DNA of 64,000 bases, taken from positions 1,055 through 65,054 of the forward strand of contig DASXQM010000273.1 of the NCBI GenBank assembly GCA_036507195.1, read 5' to 3'. The notes below the pieces were generated by a model that did not search any database, had not been told where the DNA came from, and saw nothing but the letters and a program-made list of their open reading frames with translations. Source of the DNA: Pyrinomonadaceae bacterium (lineage in GTDB: Bacteria > Acidobacteriota > Blastocatellia > Pyrinomonadales > Pyrinomonadaceae). Position numbers and translations under genes: made by a program. Below are positions 29,397 through 39,172 of the stretch, piece by piece (position 1 is the first letter of the stretch; every line of letters starts with the position of its first letter).

Positions 29397-32177
29397 TCAC
29401 CTCGCCACTCGCCGCCAGACATTCGCTTCGCCTTCACTCGTAATTAGACGCTTGACCTCGCTGTATGCTGCTGCGTATGTGGCCCGCATGTCATTTGCCG
29501 ACTTTGCGAGTCTGTTGTCACTAAGATGCTTCTCAATCTCGTCTGTCGACATGCGCTGCCGGGGTTGGTAAGGCGCCACCAGCCGTCCCTCGCCCGCCAC
29601 ATGCAATGCCAAACCTTCAGCAAGCCAGCGCGGCGCGCGCCCCCGGCTAACAGTGTCGACTAAAGTATGTACGAGTTCATGGCGCAATGTTGTTTCGAGA
29701 ATTCGACGGCGCTTGAGAGTTTCAAGCGGTTGGAGCTCAATCCGACTTCCTTTTGTAGCCGCTGCCGCCCAGGCAGGTTGTCCTGTGCGACCAACAAAGT
29801 CGCCGGTCGTTTCGTTAATGAAGATTTGCAGAGCAGGGAATTGAGCGGTAATTCCAGCAGCGGCTACGCGCGCGACTAAAGATTCACGGGTCGACTGGAG
29901 AAAGCTTAGCAGTCCTTCAATCTCCCGTTGGCTCACAGTGTTCGGATAGTTAATGTGAAGGCCTTCGCTGGAGAGAGTGCGACGAATTGTCCTGCCGCTT
30001 TGACGTTTGGAAACGGGGCTTGGTTCCACATCAGATTCGCCAATGAAGTTGACTTTGTGGTTCCACATCAGATCCGCGGAAGCTGATGAACGATTTTCGT
30101 TAGCGATACGCGTCGAAGGAAAATACTTCGCGAGTATCTGCCGGTAATCTGTCCCGCGCGCCGCCATGACGTGCGCCCCTTCCTGACAAAGTCCCAGGCC
30201 GTGACCAAACCCACTGCCGCGAAATACGAAATTCGAACCAGAACGCGAAATCTTGAAACGCGAACTTTTAAGCAGGTTCCAACCAAGCGCACGGCCGATG
30301 ATGATTTTTAAGTCCCATCCTTTGACCGTGATTCGGCGATTGCCTTCCACGGTAATCACCTCGGCTCGACCACTGGCGTCGGTCCGTAACACACTTACGT
30401 CGAGAAGTCGCTCGCCAACGTTCGTCCGCGGATCAGATTGAAGCGCCTTGAGCATTTGCTTTTCGGAAATCACATCGGTCCAACTGTTGTGCGCCTCGCC
30501 TGCGCAGTACTCATCGTGTACGCCTCTCAGGTAAGAAGGCGCGTTACCACCCCACAGCGTCGCCATATTTGCAGTTGCCCCACCACACGAGGCGCTGAAG
30601 TAAGAATCAGCGAGTTCATCATTGCTATCACGCAGCACTTCGCCTTTAGTCGATTCGACCGCCTCGATAACCGCGGAGGAAGCACCCGCAAGCGAACCTG
30701 AATCAACCGATCGATATCTTTGGCAGTGGGTTGTGGTGCAGAAGTCGTAGCCATCCCTCCGGTGCCGGCCAAGATTTTTAAGGACATACGTGCGGCTGGC
30801 GACGGCCAGAGCTTTCAGTGCTTCGGGCTCGCTTTCCATGCTGCCCTCAGCCGCGACCACTCCGCGCACGTAGTCTTCAAGCGGCATTGAGCGAGTGACG
30901 TTTTCGCTAACGAGGTGAACAGTGATTGTTTGAGATTTCAAATTTGAAATCTCAGATTTCTCAACCGAGAGTTGAGATCTGAGATCTGAGATCTCAGATT
31001 GGGATCTGCCATCTGAGATCTCAGAATGTGCATAAGCATCGAAGATAGGTCGCGCGACTTCCGCGGCTTCGGAGCCATGAGCTTTCGCCAGAAAAACGAG
31101 TACAGCGAGCTTTACTCTTTCCGGCGCGAACTGCGATTCCTCTTTCGCGTCGTCATTCAATTGGGACGCAAAACCAACAAACCAACCCTGCGTGCGATAG
31201 CCGTTGAGCTCGGTGGCTGTACCCGTCTTGCCAAAAACATAAATTGGTAGTGAATAGAGGCTGGCCGTTTCGGCGGTGCCATAACGAACCGCGCCGCGCA
31301 TCCCTTTAAGAATCAAGCTTCGGTGGTCGTTGCTAATCATGAGGCGCGCCCGAAGTTGGGGAACAAAACCCGCCGCTGGGGCAATCCTGGGAGTAAATAG
31401 ATAACCTCCGTTCACTATGGCTAAATAAGCGTTGATGAGTTGAATGGGTGTGGCCCGTAGGTAATCGCCTTCGCCGATCGCATTCTGCGAGTGCCAGTCG
31501 CCGCGCCGCAGGAGGCCTTGCCCCTCGCGATCGGCGTTAACGCCGCTGGGTTTACCAAAGCCAAATTCGTTGAGGGTGGAATTAAAGTCAGACTCCGCCA
31601 GCCGCTCGCCCACTTTGCCGAAATAGTAGTTGCATGAATAAGCAATCGCCTCCGTCGGATTCAGAGGAGGCAAGTCGCGCGGGTGAGAACAGGTGGTATG
31701 AAAATCCTCGTGGGCATACTTTTCGCGGCACGCATTGCGTGATTCTTCGTCAATCACGCCGGAGCGCAGCGCGGCCAAGGCAGTGAAAGGCTTTATGGTC
31801 GAGCCGGCCGGAAGGTTTTCTCCGAAAGCAACTGTTGGGTTGACGACGGCGCGGACGCGTCCGGTTTGCGGATCCATAATTATGACCGCACCGCGTCGAT
31901 CGCCGAGGGCCAGCGTTGCCGCGCGTTGCAGACTCTGATCCAGGTTAGCCTCATAAATCGAGTCAGCCGATGAAGCTGATAAACTCGAATGCCGTGTGGC
32001 GTGGAGCACAATGGCCCAACCAAAAATCAAGACGCAGATTGTGACGGCGCCACAAACCAGCAGGCGCACGGGAGATCGAGCTACTTGTCCGGGGACCCTG
32101 CGTTGCAGGCTATCGCTTGCGATGCCTGCGCTCCCAGGATTTGCCATACCTGGTTTCAATGAAGGCTGCACCTGCAT
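29397..32177 (-). CDS. tri-domain envelope protein: penicillin-binding transpeptidase domain, SpoIID/LytB lytic transglycosylase domain and peptidase-MA-like HExxH domain
   Basis: N-terminal TM helix. TP motifs STIK, SCN and KTGT. SpoIID motifs ALKALAVASRTY, THCQRY, SASCGGAT and GHGLGLCQEGA. C-terminal HELVH...WLAEGLA. No GT51 motif. The ATG overlaps the upstream stop (TGATG). Confidence 0.8.
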   Translation of the reverse strand: MQVQPSLKPGMANPGSAGIASDSLQRRVPGQVARSPVRLLVCGAVTICVLIFGWAIVLHATRHSSLSASSADSIYEANLDQSLQRAATLALGDRRGAVIIMDPQTGRVRAVVNPTVAFGENLPAGSTIKPFTALAALRSGVIDEESRNACREKYAHEDFHTTCSHPRDLPPLNPTEAIAYSCNYYFGKVGERLAESDFNSTLNEFGFGKPSGVNADREGQGLLRRGDWHSQNAIGEGDYLRATPIQLINAYLAIVNGGYLFTPRIAPAAGFVPQLRARLMISNDHRSLILKGMRGAVRYGTAETASLYSLPIYVFGKTGTATELNGYRTQGWFVGFASQLNDDAKEESQFAPERVKLAVLVFLAKAHGSEAAEVARPIFDAYAHSEISDGRSQSEISDLRSQLSVEKSEISNLKSQTITVHLVSENVTRSMPLEDYVRGVVAAEGSMESEPEALKALAVASRTYVLKNLGRHRRDGYDFCTTTHCQRYRSVDSGSLAGASSAVIEAVESTKGEVLRDSNDELADSYFSASCGGATANMATLWGGNAPSYLRGVHDEYCAGEAHNSWTDVISEKQMLKALQSDPRTNVGERLLDVSVLRTDASGRAEVITVEGNRRITVKGWDLKIIIGRALGWNLLKSSRFKISRSGSNFVFRGSGFGHGLGLCQEGAHVMAARGTDYRQILAKYFPSTRIANENRSSASADLMWNHKVNFIGESDVEPSPVSKRQSGRTIRRTLSSEGLHINYPNTVSQREIEGLLSFLQSTRESLVARVAAAGITAQFPALQIFINETTGDFVGRTGQPAWAAAATKGSRIELQPLETLKRRRILETTLRHELVHTLVDTVSRGRAPRWLAEGLALHVAGEGRLVAPYQPRQRMSTDEIEKHLSDNRLAKSANDMRATYAAAYSEVKRLITSEGEANVWRRVAR
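30931..31026. repeat. gagatct/gaaatctc word-palindrome element embedded in frame in the fusion CDS
   Basis: tgagatttcaaatttgaaatctcagatttc...gagatctgagatctgagatctcagat... It encodes SEISDGRSQSEISDLRSQLSVEKSEISNLKSQ between the TP and SpoIID domains. Confidence 0.8.
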
Positions 32178-33004
32178 CAAGCCGCCTCATTTGCCGGCCC
32201 GGGTAACGGATTTGTCGATAATTGGGCCAGGGCACGCACAGTGATCGCCCAACCAAACAAAGTCAGGGCAAACACTACTACCAGCCGAACGATCAGCAAT
32301 GACAGCTCCAGCCAGGCATGCCTCGTTTGAGTGGTTTTGAAAAGCAGAAAGTAGGGAGCGACTCCGAAGACAAGAAAGCCGGCTATGTAAATAAGGACCG
32401 ACTGCGGCGCGAAAGCTCGCGCGAGATGTGTAATTGCCTTCTTCATAGCCGAGCCCAGCCCTTCATGCACAGTCGCGAGCCACAAGTGAATTGCCGCAAG
32501 CGGCAGGACGAGGCCGAAGGCCAGATAGCGAACAGTTGAAAGCAGTGCGAGTTTCCAATCGATCGGTCGCTCGGCGCGTGGCCGGTTAGCCGCCATGGCG
32601 ATTCGATGAGAAACATCCGGATCGGTGTTGTTAACGCCAACTCCCCAGCTGGCTTGCGCTTTTGCCAACAGATAAGCGATGAGAACCGCCAACGCGATTA
32701 GCGGTAAACTAACCAGGATCAACTTCCAGAAACTGGCGAGCGATCTTCTTAGCAGGGAGCTGACGGTCTCTCCGTCCGTTTGGCCGGCAACCATACTTTG
32801 GAGCACGAAGAAGAGCAGCGGTGCGGCAATCGCCAGCGCAAAAGTCAGGATCACCTGCCCGACGCTGGCTTCTCGAACTGCCACAAAGAAGTAAAGAGCC
32901 GCCAGCAGCGAAGCGTAAACAATTGCGAGTAGCAGCATCGCTCGCCAGTTTGTAAACACTTTGCGCGCGGCGGTGATGATTGAGTGGAATGTTTCAGTCA
33001 GCAT
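32177..33004 (-). CDS. polytopic membrane protein, function unknown
   Basis: About 6 hydrophobic helices. Preferred start is ATG 33004, 8 nt after GAGGA. The longer track ORF (to 33067) begins inside the REP element. Confidence 0.6.
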   Translation of the reverse strand: MLTETFHSIITAARKVFTNWRAMLLLAIVYASLLAALYFFVAVREASVGQVILTFALAIAAPLLFFVLQSMVAGQTDGETVSSLLRRSLASFWKLILVSLPLIALAVLIAYLLAKAQASWGVGVNNTDPDVSHRIAMAANRPRAERPIDWKLALLSTVRYLAFGLVLPLAAIHLWLATVHEGLGSAMKKAITHLARAFAPQSVLIYIAGFLVFGVAPYFLLFKTTQTRHAWLELSLLIVRLVVVFALTLFGWAITVRALAQLSTNPLPGPANEAA

Positions 33005-33033
33005 CAATTTGTCCTCGAAAAGAACAGCGACCA

Positions 33034-33105
33034 GTTTAGAAAGCGGACTTGTCCGCCCCTCGTTCACTTAGACGCAAAGCTCAGGCGGCTAAGTCCGCTT
33101 TCTAG
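33034..33105. repeat. double-hairpin REP-like element (GTTTAGAAA-GCGGACTTGTCCGC ... GCGGCTAAGTCCGC-TTTCTAG) inside the A2M operon spacer
   Basis: Read directly. Same architecture as the element at 12277-12332. Confidence 0.8.
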
Positions 33106-33136
33106 CGGAAGATCTTGTCGCGGAATGCGCGCTTTC

Positions 33137-36100
33137 TCATTTCCTCTCCAGGAAATCCAGCTTCCCGCTTGCAGTGTTCGACTGCGTGGCCGGCTTGTAC
33201 ATTAACTCGGCGCGTGCCGGCGCAACGCGAAACTGTCCCGGCACCTGGACGCGCAGCGCATATTGCAGTGTGTTGCCGCCGTCGAAGTAGTCCAGGAAAA
33301 AGACCGTCCGGTTATCGCGAAACTCACGGGAACTGTACCAGTCGGACCAGTCGTGACCGGAGGTGTAATCGAGATTCAGATTTCCGACGCTGTCAACCTG
33401 TTCTGCGCCGGCCGGAATCGGATCTTCGATCATCAAGTGACGCGCTTTCGCGCCGTTTAGTTTGAGCCTGACGACAAGCATGTCACCCGAATGAATCTCG
33501 CCGCGCAATGGTTCGGTCACCCACTTGAGTTTGTAGCCGTCTTCGACGACCTTGAGTCGAAGATATTCGCGGGTGAGATTCAACTCCGCCGAGCCGCGGG
33601 CCGCAACGTTCTCCTCCCCAGTGTAATAATCGAGCGATGACGAAAAATAGATCATGCCCTTGCCACGCTTGACGACTCGAATTTCATTCGTTCCGGTTAC
33701 CTCCCCAGCCTTGCGGTAGATGGAGAATGTTTGTGAAGCGGCTGCGGAGGAAACGTGCTGAGTAAGCACGTTTTCGCCGTTTAGGTAAACCTCCATGTCG
33801 TAATCGGGCGATAGTTCGCGACTCACTTTGAGGTAATCGATGAGTCCGAAAATCGCGAACGCCGTATCCTTCGTCGAAGACCAGTAATAACCTTTGCCAC
33901 GATTCGAAACCAGCCAGCGCGCGACTCGCGGCAGCAGTGCGCTGTCAGGCTTAATGCGAGCCAGCGCTCTTAACGAGAGCGCCGTTGCTTCCGTATCGTT
34001 TGATTCAGCAAAGTCGAGCATCGCTTTGCGGTGTGACTCCCAGTGGCCGGAGAAATCATCGGCCGCGACGGTTCGCTCAATCTCAGCGGCCACCTCACGC
34101 GCCCGCTTATCGTCCCGGCGTTGTTTCAAAGTCAACGCCAGCAGCGCGCGGCCATACGGTTGCAGGTTGCCGCGCTCGCCAAAGATCTTCTCAAGGTGAC
34201 GACTATCGGCGTCACCACTTTCTTCGAGCGCGTACACCATGAAGGCACGGGTTTCCAAATCGATCTGCGTTCCTGCTTCAGTCGTGCCCGAATCGAGCAT
34301 CTGTTTCAACTTCTCGCGTCCACTACTAATCCGATTATCGTCCACTTGATAATCGTTCTGTTTTGCCAGTGTCAGTCCACTGACAACGTATGCGGTCATA
34401 AAGGGATCGCTCTGGTCATCTTTCCACCAGCCCCAGCCGCCGTCGTTGTGCTGGTAGGCGTAGAGCCGATCCAAACCTTTTTGCACTTTCTTCGGAAGAT
34501 CGTTTGCGTTTCTTATCGACGACGTCTTCACGTCCTTCAACGCCTGCGAGACGATTACGTTGGGAAGAAAGCTCGACATCGTTTGCTCGGTGCAGCCGTA
34601 CGGATAAGTGGTGAGGTAATCGAGCGCGCCAAACAATGTGCTGGCGACGGAGGGCGCGACGTCGATTCGGAAACTACGCGCACGCGCATCGGCGCTCTGT
34701 GGCAGATTCAGAGAAAAAGTCTTCTCGGCATTCTCATCGGAGAACGCCGCTGACTCATTCTTAACTTGATGAAGGCCGCGCGGCACCACTATCAAGGGCA
34801 ACTCCACTGCGTCTGATTCGGTATCCGTGAGAGCTTTAGCGAGGAGCTTGATCTCGCCCACGTCTGGGGCAGAGATTTGCCAGTCAATGCGATGTTCGCC
34901 CTGTTTGCCGATCGTGACTGTCTGTTTCCCGGAATTCTGCAGTTGTGCTCCGTTAACCTCCAACGAAATCTGCGTTGGCTTATCAGCGTTTAGATAGTTG
35001 TGCACGATTCCCGACAGCGTGACCGTGTCACCCTGCGTAACAAAGCGGGGCGTCTCGAGTCGCATGATCACGTCCTTGCGCGCGACAACTTTGTATTTTG
35101 TGGCGCCAACCTTAGTGTCTGCCGTGACGCCGCGCGCGGTTGCGCGCCAGGTAGTTAAGTTGTCAGGCAGGTCAACCTTGACGGTGGCACGCCCGTCAGC
35201 GCCCGTCACCACGTCGGGCTGCCAGAAGGCGGTGTCTTTGAAGTTTTTCCTGATAGTCGGTTGCACCAGATCCCCTTCATTCTTAAAGTCGGCAAGCTGG
35301 TAGGCCGGCTTGTTCTTCGCGAGATCGATGGGTTTATCGCCCGCGAAGCCGGTGAACATGTAGCTGATTGAAAGATGCGTTTCGACGCTGTTATACCGCA
35401 TGCCATAAAACTCGGTCTTGATGTTGCCCGAGTAATCGGGCGAGACGCTGTAAATGCTTTCATCGACCACGCCAAGACTGACTTCGGCCCCGGACACCGG
35501 CGCGCCATCGGCATTACGTGCCAGGATCGTATAAGACGCCGTCTCGCGGGGCTTGTACTCCTTCTTGTTCGAGATGATTTCGAGATTCAGCATCTTGTCG
35601 CGCGCGGGCACGACCAGCCGCTGATCGCTCGTATACATGTCGCCGCCTTTAACGTAAGAAACATTGAGAAATACGTTGGGCGCATAACTAGCCTGGATGG
35701 GAATGTCGAGCACGATTGATCTGCCGGGCGAGCTGACGTGCTGGACAGACATCACCGTCGTCAGTTCGGTGCTGACCAGGAGGTGAGCATTGTCAGTCGG
35801 CAGGATCGCCAAAACGTGAGCAGTCTCGCCGGGTTTGTACGACTTCTTATCGGCGACGAGCTTTATTGAATTGTAATCTTCGCTGTAGTAGGAAGAATCG
35901 GACCATGGGTATTGCCGGTCGGTAACCCAGAGATAGCCGCCAATTGAAGCCACCGGCCGGCCGTTCTCATAGATCACCGTCTTAATCGAAATGTTGCCGT
36001 CCTCAGTGGTTGTGTAGTCGTAGATGGCCTGGCCTTGCGAGTCAGTCTGTGCGTCGGCGTAAGCTATCTGGCGCTCATGCATTTCATACTCTGGATAGGA

Positions 36101-38071
36101 ATACTCGTCATCCTCCGCCTGCTTTTCCTTTTTGGTCCAGGTGCGCTCAACGAACTGTAATTGAACTTTCGTGGAGACTGGCCGCCCTTCATAATCGGTT
36201 GTCGTTACATGGATCTTGGCGATGTCCCCTTTGTTGTAGACGTAACGATCGGGGTTGGCGTTCGCAACGATGGTGCCACGAGTGGCGACAAAGCTCGCGG
36301 CGCCTTCAATGGTCCGACGAGCCGAGTCCGTCACCTGGGCTTCGAGACGATAGCTGTAATCGAATGTGTCGGTCTCTTCTGTTTGCGGGACCTGGAACTC
36401 GACATTCATGTGGCCACGTGCGTCGAGAGTGCCCTCGCTCTCCTGCACCATGTCGTCGCCACCCCTATAGAATTGCGAATAGTCATCCTCAGTCTCCGAC
36501 TCGTCACTTGTTTCGCCAGAATCGTCCATACCGATCCCCCAGGCGTAATACCGTGAGCGATAGATGTAATACTTCACTTCCGCATTGGCGACAGGCGAAC
36601 CGAAGAAATAGCGCGCGTCGACAGAAAAATTGGCTTTCTGGCCGGCTTGCACAAATTTTCCCGGTGCTAAAACTGTCACCTTATATTCCGGCTTCTTATA
36701 TTCCGCGACTTCGAAACTGCCGCCCGCGGTGCCGCCGCCAACTTCCGCGGCGATGCGATAGCTGCCCAGCGGCGCCGCTTCCGCAATGTCTATCTCGCCG
36801 TTGAAGGTGCCCCGAGGAGAAATCGGCAGTTCTTTGTTGAAAATGTTAGCCCCGTTTGGATCTTCAATGGTAACGTTCACAGTGTCGTCCGTGATGGCTT
36901 TGTATGCTCCGTTATCATCGACGGCGCGAACGATTCCTTTGAAACTGACTTTATGAGTTGGTCGATAAACGGGACGATCGGTGTAGATGTACCCCTTGAT
37001 GTTCTCGCCGTCTTCATCTTCATAGTAACCGCCGAAATACATTGAGCCGAGATCGGAGATTGCAAAGTTGTTGCTCTGTTTGGCAAGAATCAGCAGAGAC
37101 TCGGAATCAGTTTCCTCCGGCGCCGCGGCCTCCGCATCAGCCTCCACGCCACCGCCCTCATTGCCGGCGTCTGCTGCAGGCTTTTTCTTTTCGACCTTCG
37201 TTCTCAGAATGCCCTGATTGTCTGTGACGCCCGAGGCAACGGTCTTTTTCTCTTTCACGATTTCGACCTGTGCCCCCGGTCGCGGCTCACCGGTTTTGCG
37301 GTCCACCGTGTAAATGAGCAGTTCTCCGTCGCGAGTGGTCTTGTCGATCATGGTCAAGTCAGTGACCACCACTACCGTGTAAGCACGCAAATCATTCTCA
37401 ACTGCTTCGATCAGGTAGACGCCCGGCGACCGTTTGCCTAACGGAATCATGCGCTGCTCATATTCGTCTTCCAGCGGCGGCAAAGGCTCGCGCCAACTAC
37501 TGACGAGCAGATCGGGATTCAGCAATGGCACGCGAGCGTAGTCGGAAACATTCAGTGGCGTTCGGATTGGGTCTGCTTCCTTGCGAAATTTTTGATTAAA
37601 CGTCTGGCGCGAATCGTGCTGAAGCTGTCCCCGGACGAACGTTTTGATACCTGAGTAGGCCCAACGCTTAAGACCGCGCACCTTTTCCAGAAACGATTTA
37701 CGATGTGGCAATGAGGTGGCAACCTCTTCCTCTTCATGTTCTCCCATCTGATGAGGATTCTTGAGTTGGGTGAAGAACTTGCGCGGATCCTTCACCTGAT
37801 AAACGCGGAAGTCCAGATGGTCGACACCCTGGTAGTCGACCCACAGGCGGGCGTTGTCGCTGGTGCCATAAGTGCGATGAGTTGACAGCGAAAAATAAGG
37901 CTTGCTCGAGGGGCGCCTTTCGGCTCCGGAATAAACTGGCTCTGTATTGGTTTCCGGCTTCAGTTTTGCGCGCGACCGGAGCGTGGCAATGGTGAGCGCG
38001 CCGGCAATGGCCACGAGATAAATTAAAGAAGTGGTCAGGGCGCGATAAGAACGAGAGTTCATTTCAAACAC
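33137..38071 (-). CDS. alpha-2-macroglobulin family protein with intact thioester, membrane-anchored
   Basis: 1644 aa. Thioester motif YPYGCTEQTMSS (CTEQ at 34583-34594). N-terminal TM anchor, repeated MG-like domains, and a C-terminal receptor-binding-like domain. Confidence 0.9.
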   Translation of the reverse strand: MFEMNSRSYRALTTSLIYLVAIAGALTIATLRSRAKLKPETNTEPVYSGAERRPSSKPYFSLSTHRTYGTSDNARLWVDYQGVDHLDFRVYQVKDPRKFFTQLKNPHQMGEHEEEEVATSLPHRKSFLEKVRGLKRWAYSGIKTFVRGQLQHDSRQTFNQKFRKEADPIRTPLNVSDYARVPLLNPDLLVSSWREPLPPLEDEYEQRMIPLGKRSPGVYLIEAVENDLRAYTVVVVTDLTMIDKTTRDGELLIYTVDRKTGEPRPGAQVEIVKEKKTVASGVTDNQGILRTKVEKKKPAADAGNEGGGVEADAEAAAPEETDSESLLILAKQSNNFAISDLGSMYFGGYYEDEDGENIKGYIYTDRPVYRPTHKVSFKGIVRAVDDNGAYKAITDDTVNVTIEDPNGANIFNKELPISPRGTFNGEIDIAEAAPLGSYRIAAEVGGGTAGGSFEVAEYKKPEYKVTVLAPGKFVQAGQKANFSVDARYFFGSPVANAEVKYYIYRSRYYAWGIGMDDSGETSDESETEDDYSQFYRGGDDMVQESEGTLDARGHMNVEFQVPQTEETDTFDYSYRLEAQVTDSARRTIEGAASFVATRGTIVANANPDRYVYNKGDIAKIHVTTTDYEGRPVSTKVQLQFVERTWTKKEKQAEDDEYSYPEYEMHERQIAYADAQTDSQGQAIYDYTTTEDGNISIKTVIYENGRPVASIGGYLWVTDRQYPWSDSSYYSEDYNSIKLVADKKSYKPGETAHVLAILPTDNAHLLVSTELTTVMSVQHVSSPGRSIVLDIPIQASYAPNVFLNVSYVKGGDMYTSDQRLVVPARDKMLNLEIISNKKEYKPRETASYTILARNADGAPVSGAEVSLGVVDESIYSVSPDYSGNIKTEFYGMRYNSVETHLSISYMFTGFAGDKPIDLAKNKPAYQLADFKNEGDLVQPTIRKNFKDTAFWQPDVVTGADGRATVKVDLPDNLTTWRATARGVTADTKVGATKYKVVARKDVIMRLETPRFVTQGDTVTLSGIVHNYLNADKPTQISLEVNGAQLQNSGKQTVTIGKQGEHRIDWQISAPDVGEIKLLAKALTDTESDAVELPLIVVPRGLHQVKNESAAFSDENAEKTFSLNLPQSADARARSFRIDVAPSVASTLFGALDYLTTYPYGCTEQTMSSFLPNVIVSQALKDVKTSSIRNANDLPKKVQKGLDRLYAYQHNDGGWGWWKDDQSDPFMTAYVVSGLTLAKQNDYQVDDNRISSGREKLKQMLDSGTTEAGTQIDLETRAFMVYALEESGDADSRHLEKIFGERGNLQPYGRALLALTLKQRRDDKRAREVAAEIERTVAADDFSGHWESHRKAMLDFAESNDTEATALSLRALARIKPDSALLPRVARWLVSNRGKGYYWSSTKDTAFAIFGLIDYLKVSRELSPDYDMEVYLNGENVLTQHVSSAAASQTFSIYRKAGEVTGTNEIRVVKRGKGMIYFSSSLDYYTGEENVAARGSAELNLTREYLRLKVVEDGYKLKWVTEPLRGEIHSGDMLVVRLKLNGAKARHLMIEDPIPAGAEQVDSVGNLNLDYTSGHDWSDWYSSREFRDNRTVFFLDYFDGGNTLQYALRVQVPGQFRVAPARAELMYKPATQSNTASGKLDFLERK

Positions 38072-38115
38072 GGTCGCAGCCTCCTTCGGGCCAGTAAAGA
38101 TCCAACCTGGGAAAG

Positions 38116-39057
38116 TCAGTCGAGGATTTTCAATCTAAAGTAGCCGAGGAAATTGGAATTACTTTCCGTCGGCCGCCAGCGTCTGTTTGGGTGATGATCG
38201 AGAACCGCAAGCTCAACCTTCTTTACCGTTCCTTCGTCGGTCGGCGAGGAGCCGGTGTGATAGACCACCCAGCCGCTTGAGCGGTCGGTGCTCAGCTTTG
38301 CCCGTCCGAGGAAAATCATTACGTGGTAGGGAAATTTCTGCACCCAGGGCTGGTAGAAAAAGAGAAGATCGCCCGCTTCGGCGAAACGGCGATCGCGACT
38401 AATGAATTTGGCGTTGAAGCTTTTGAGACTGCGTGCGTCGGCGAATTCCGAAAAGGTTCCGTTAGACAGATCGCCATCTTTATATGAGCCGAAACTGGTG
38501 CGGAAGAGTTTTTCGCCCAGCGGGCTCTGCTCGAGGTTGTAGCGGGCAATATCAGGTGCGATCGCCGTGAAGCCCGGGCCCATCTTTTGAAACCATACGC
38601 GATCGTGACGACGCAGGGCTTCCCGCCAGGCAAAGCGTACCAGCCCGGCGCAGTCTCTTTGCTCCGCATTCCATTGATCGCTCAAATGGTAAAACTGTAC
38701 TTCGGCGATCAACGTGAACCACTGGCGAAAATTCTCGCGGTCCATAAAACTCTGCAGCTCAGCGGCGTCAGGTATGCCGTCGTTGTCCGAATCCAACGAA
38801 ACGGAATGTGTTGAGGAGTTGGTCGTGGCGTGGTTGTAAAGCGCGGAGTTCTTGCTCGTATGCCTGAGGTTCGCGGAGTATTCAGTTTTCCGGTTCCTGG
38901 CCAGAGAGAAGTAAGATGCCAGGAAAACGAGAATGAAACAAAGCAGTAGCGCTACACCAAACTGTCGCCGTTTTATTAACGCGAGCATGGGGGAATTATT
39001 GGTCCTGGTTGATAACTCTACGAGGCGGCGCTTAACAGTCGGCGGCCATGTTAACAC
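38116..39057 (-). CDS. DUF1175 / MagC(YfaT)-like NlpC/P60-fold protein
   Basis: DCAGLVRFAWREALRRHD (NlpC/P60-like Cys), PYHVMIFLG (His), VVYHTG, and an N-terminal TM helix plus a DSDNDGIPD Ca-binding-like motif. Start is either GTG 39057 or ATG 38988. Confidence 0.7.
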   Translation of the reverse strand: MLTWPPTVKRRLVELSTRTNNSPMLALIKRRQFGVALLLCFILVFLASYFSLARNRKTEYSANLRHTSKNSALYNHATTNSSTHSVSLDSDNDGIPDAAELQSFMDRENFRQWFTLIAEVQFYHLSDQWNAEQRDCAGLVRFAWREALRRHDRVWFQKMGPGFTAIAPDIARYNLEQSPLGEKLFRTSFGSYKDGDLSNGTFSEFADARSLKSFNAKFISRDRRFAEAGDLLFFYQPWVQKFPYHVMIFLGRAKLSTDRSSGWVVYHTGSSPTDEGTVKKVELAVLDHHPNRRWRPTESNSNFLGYFRLKILD

Positions 39058-39172
39058 GTCCCCCTTCGCGGTCTGGCACGGATCAAGTTACTGTGGCTAT
39101 CCACAGTGGACATGGCCTCGTAGCCTGGCAGTTCCGACGGCCACGCCTGGCCACTCGCTTATTACGTCTCCC

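Noticed and set aside
36010-36804. 264-aa plus-strand ORF (and several others between 33115 and 37227) inside the A2M gene region
   Set aside because: It is antisense to a 1644-aa ORF with clear A2M motifs. Its translation is Arg/Ser/Cys/Pro-rich with no motifs, which is typical of shadow ORFs.
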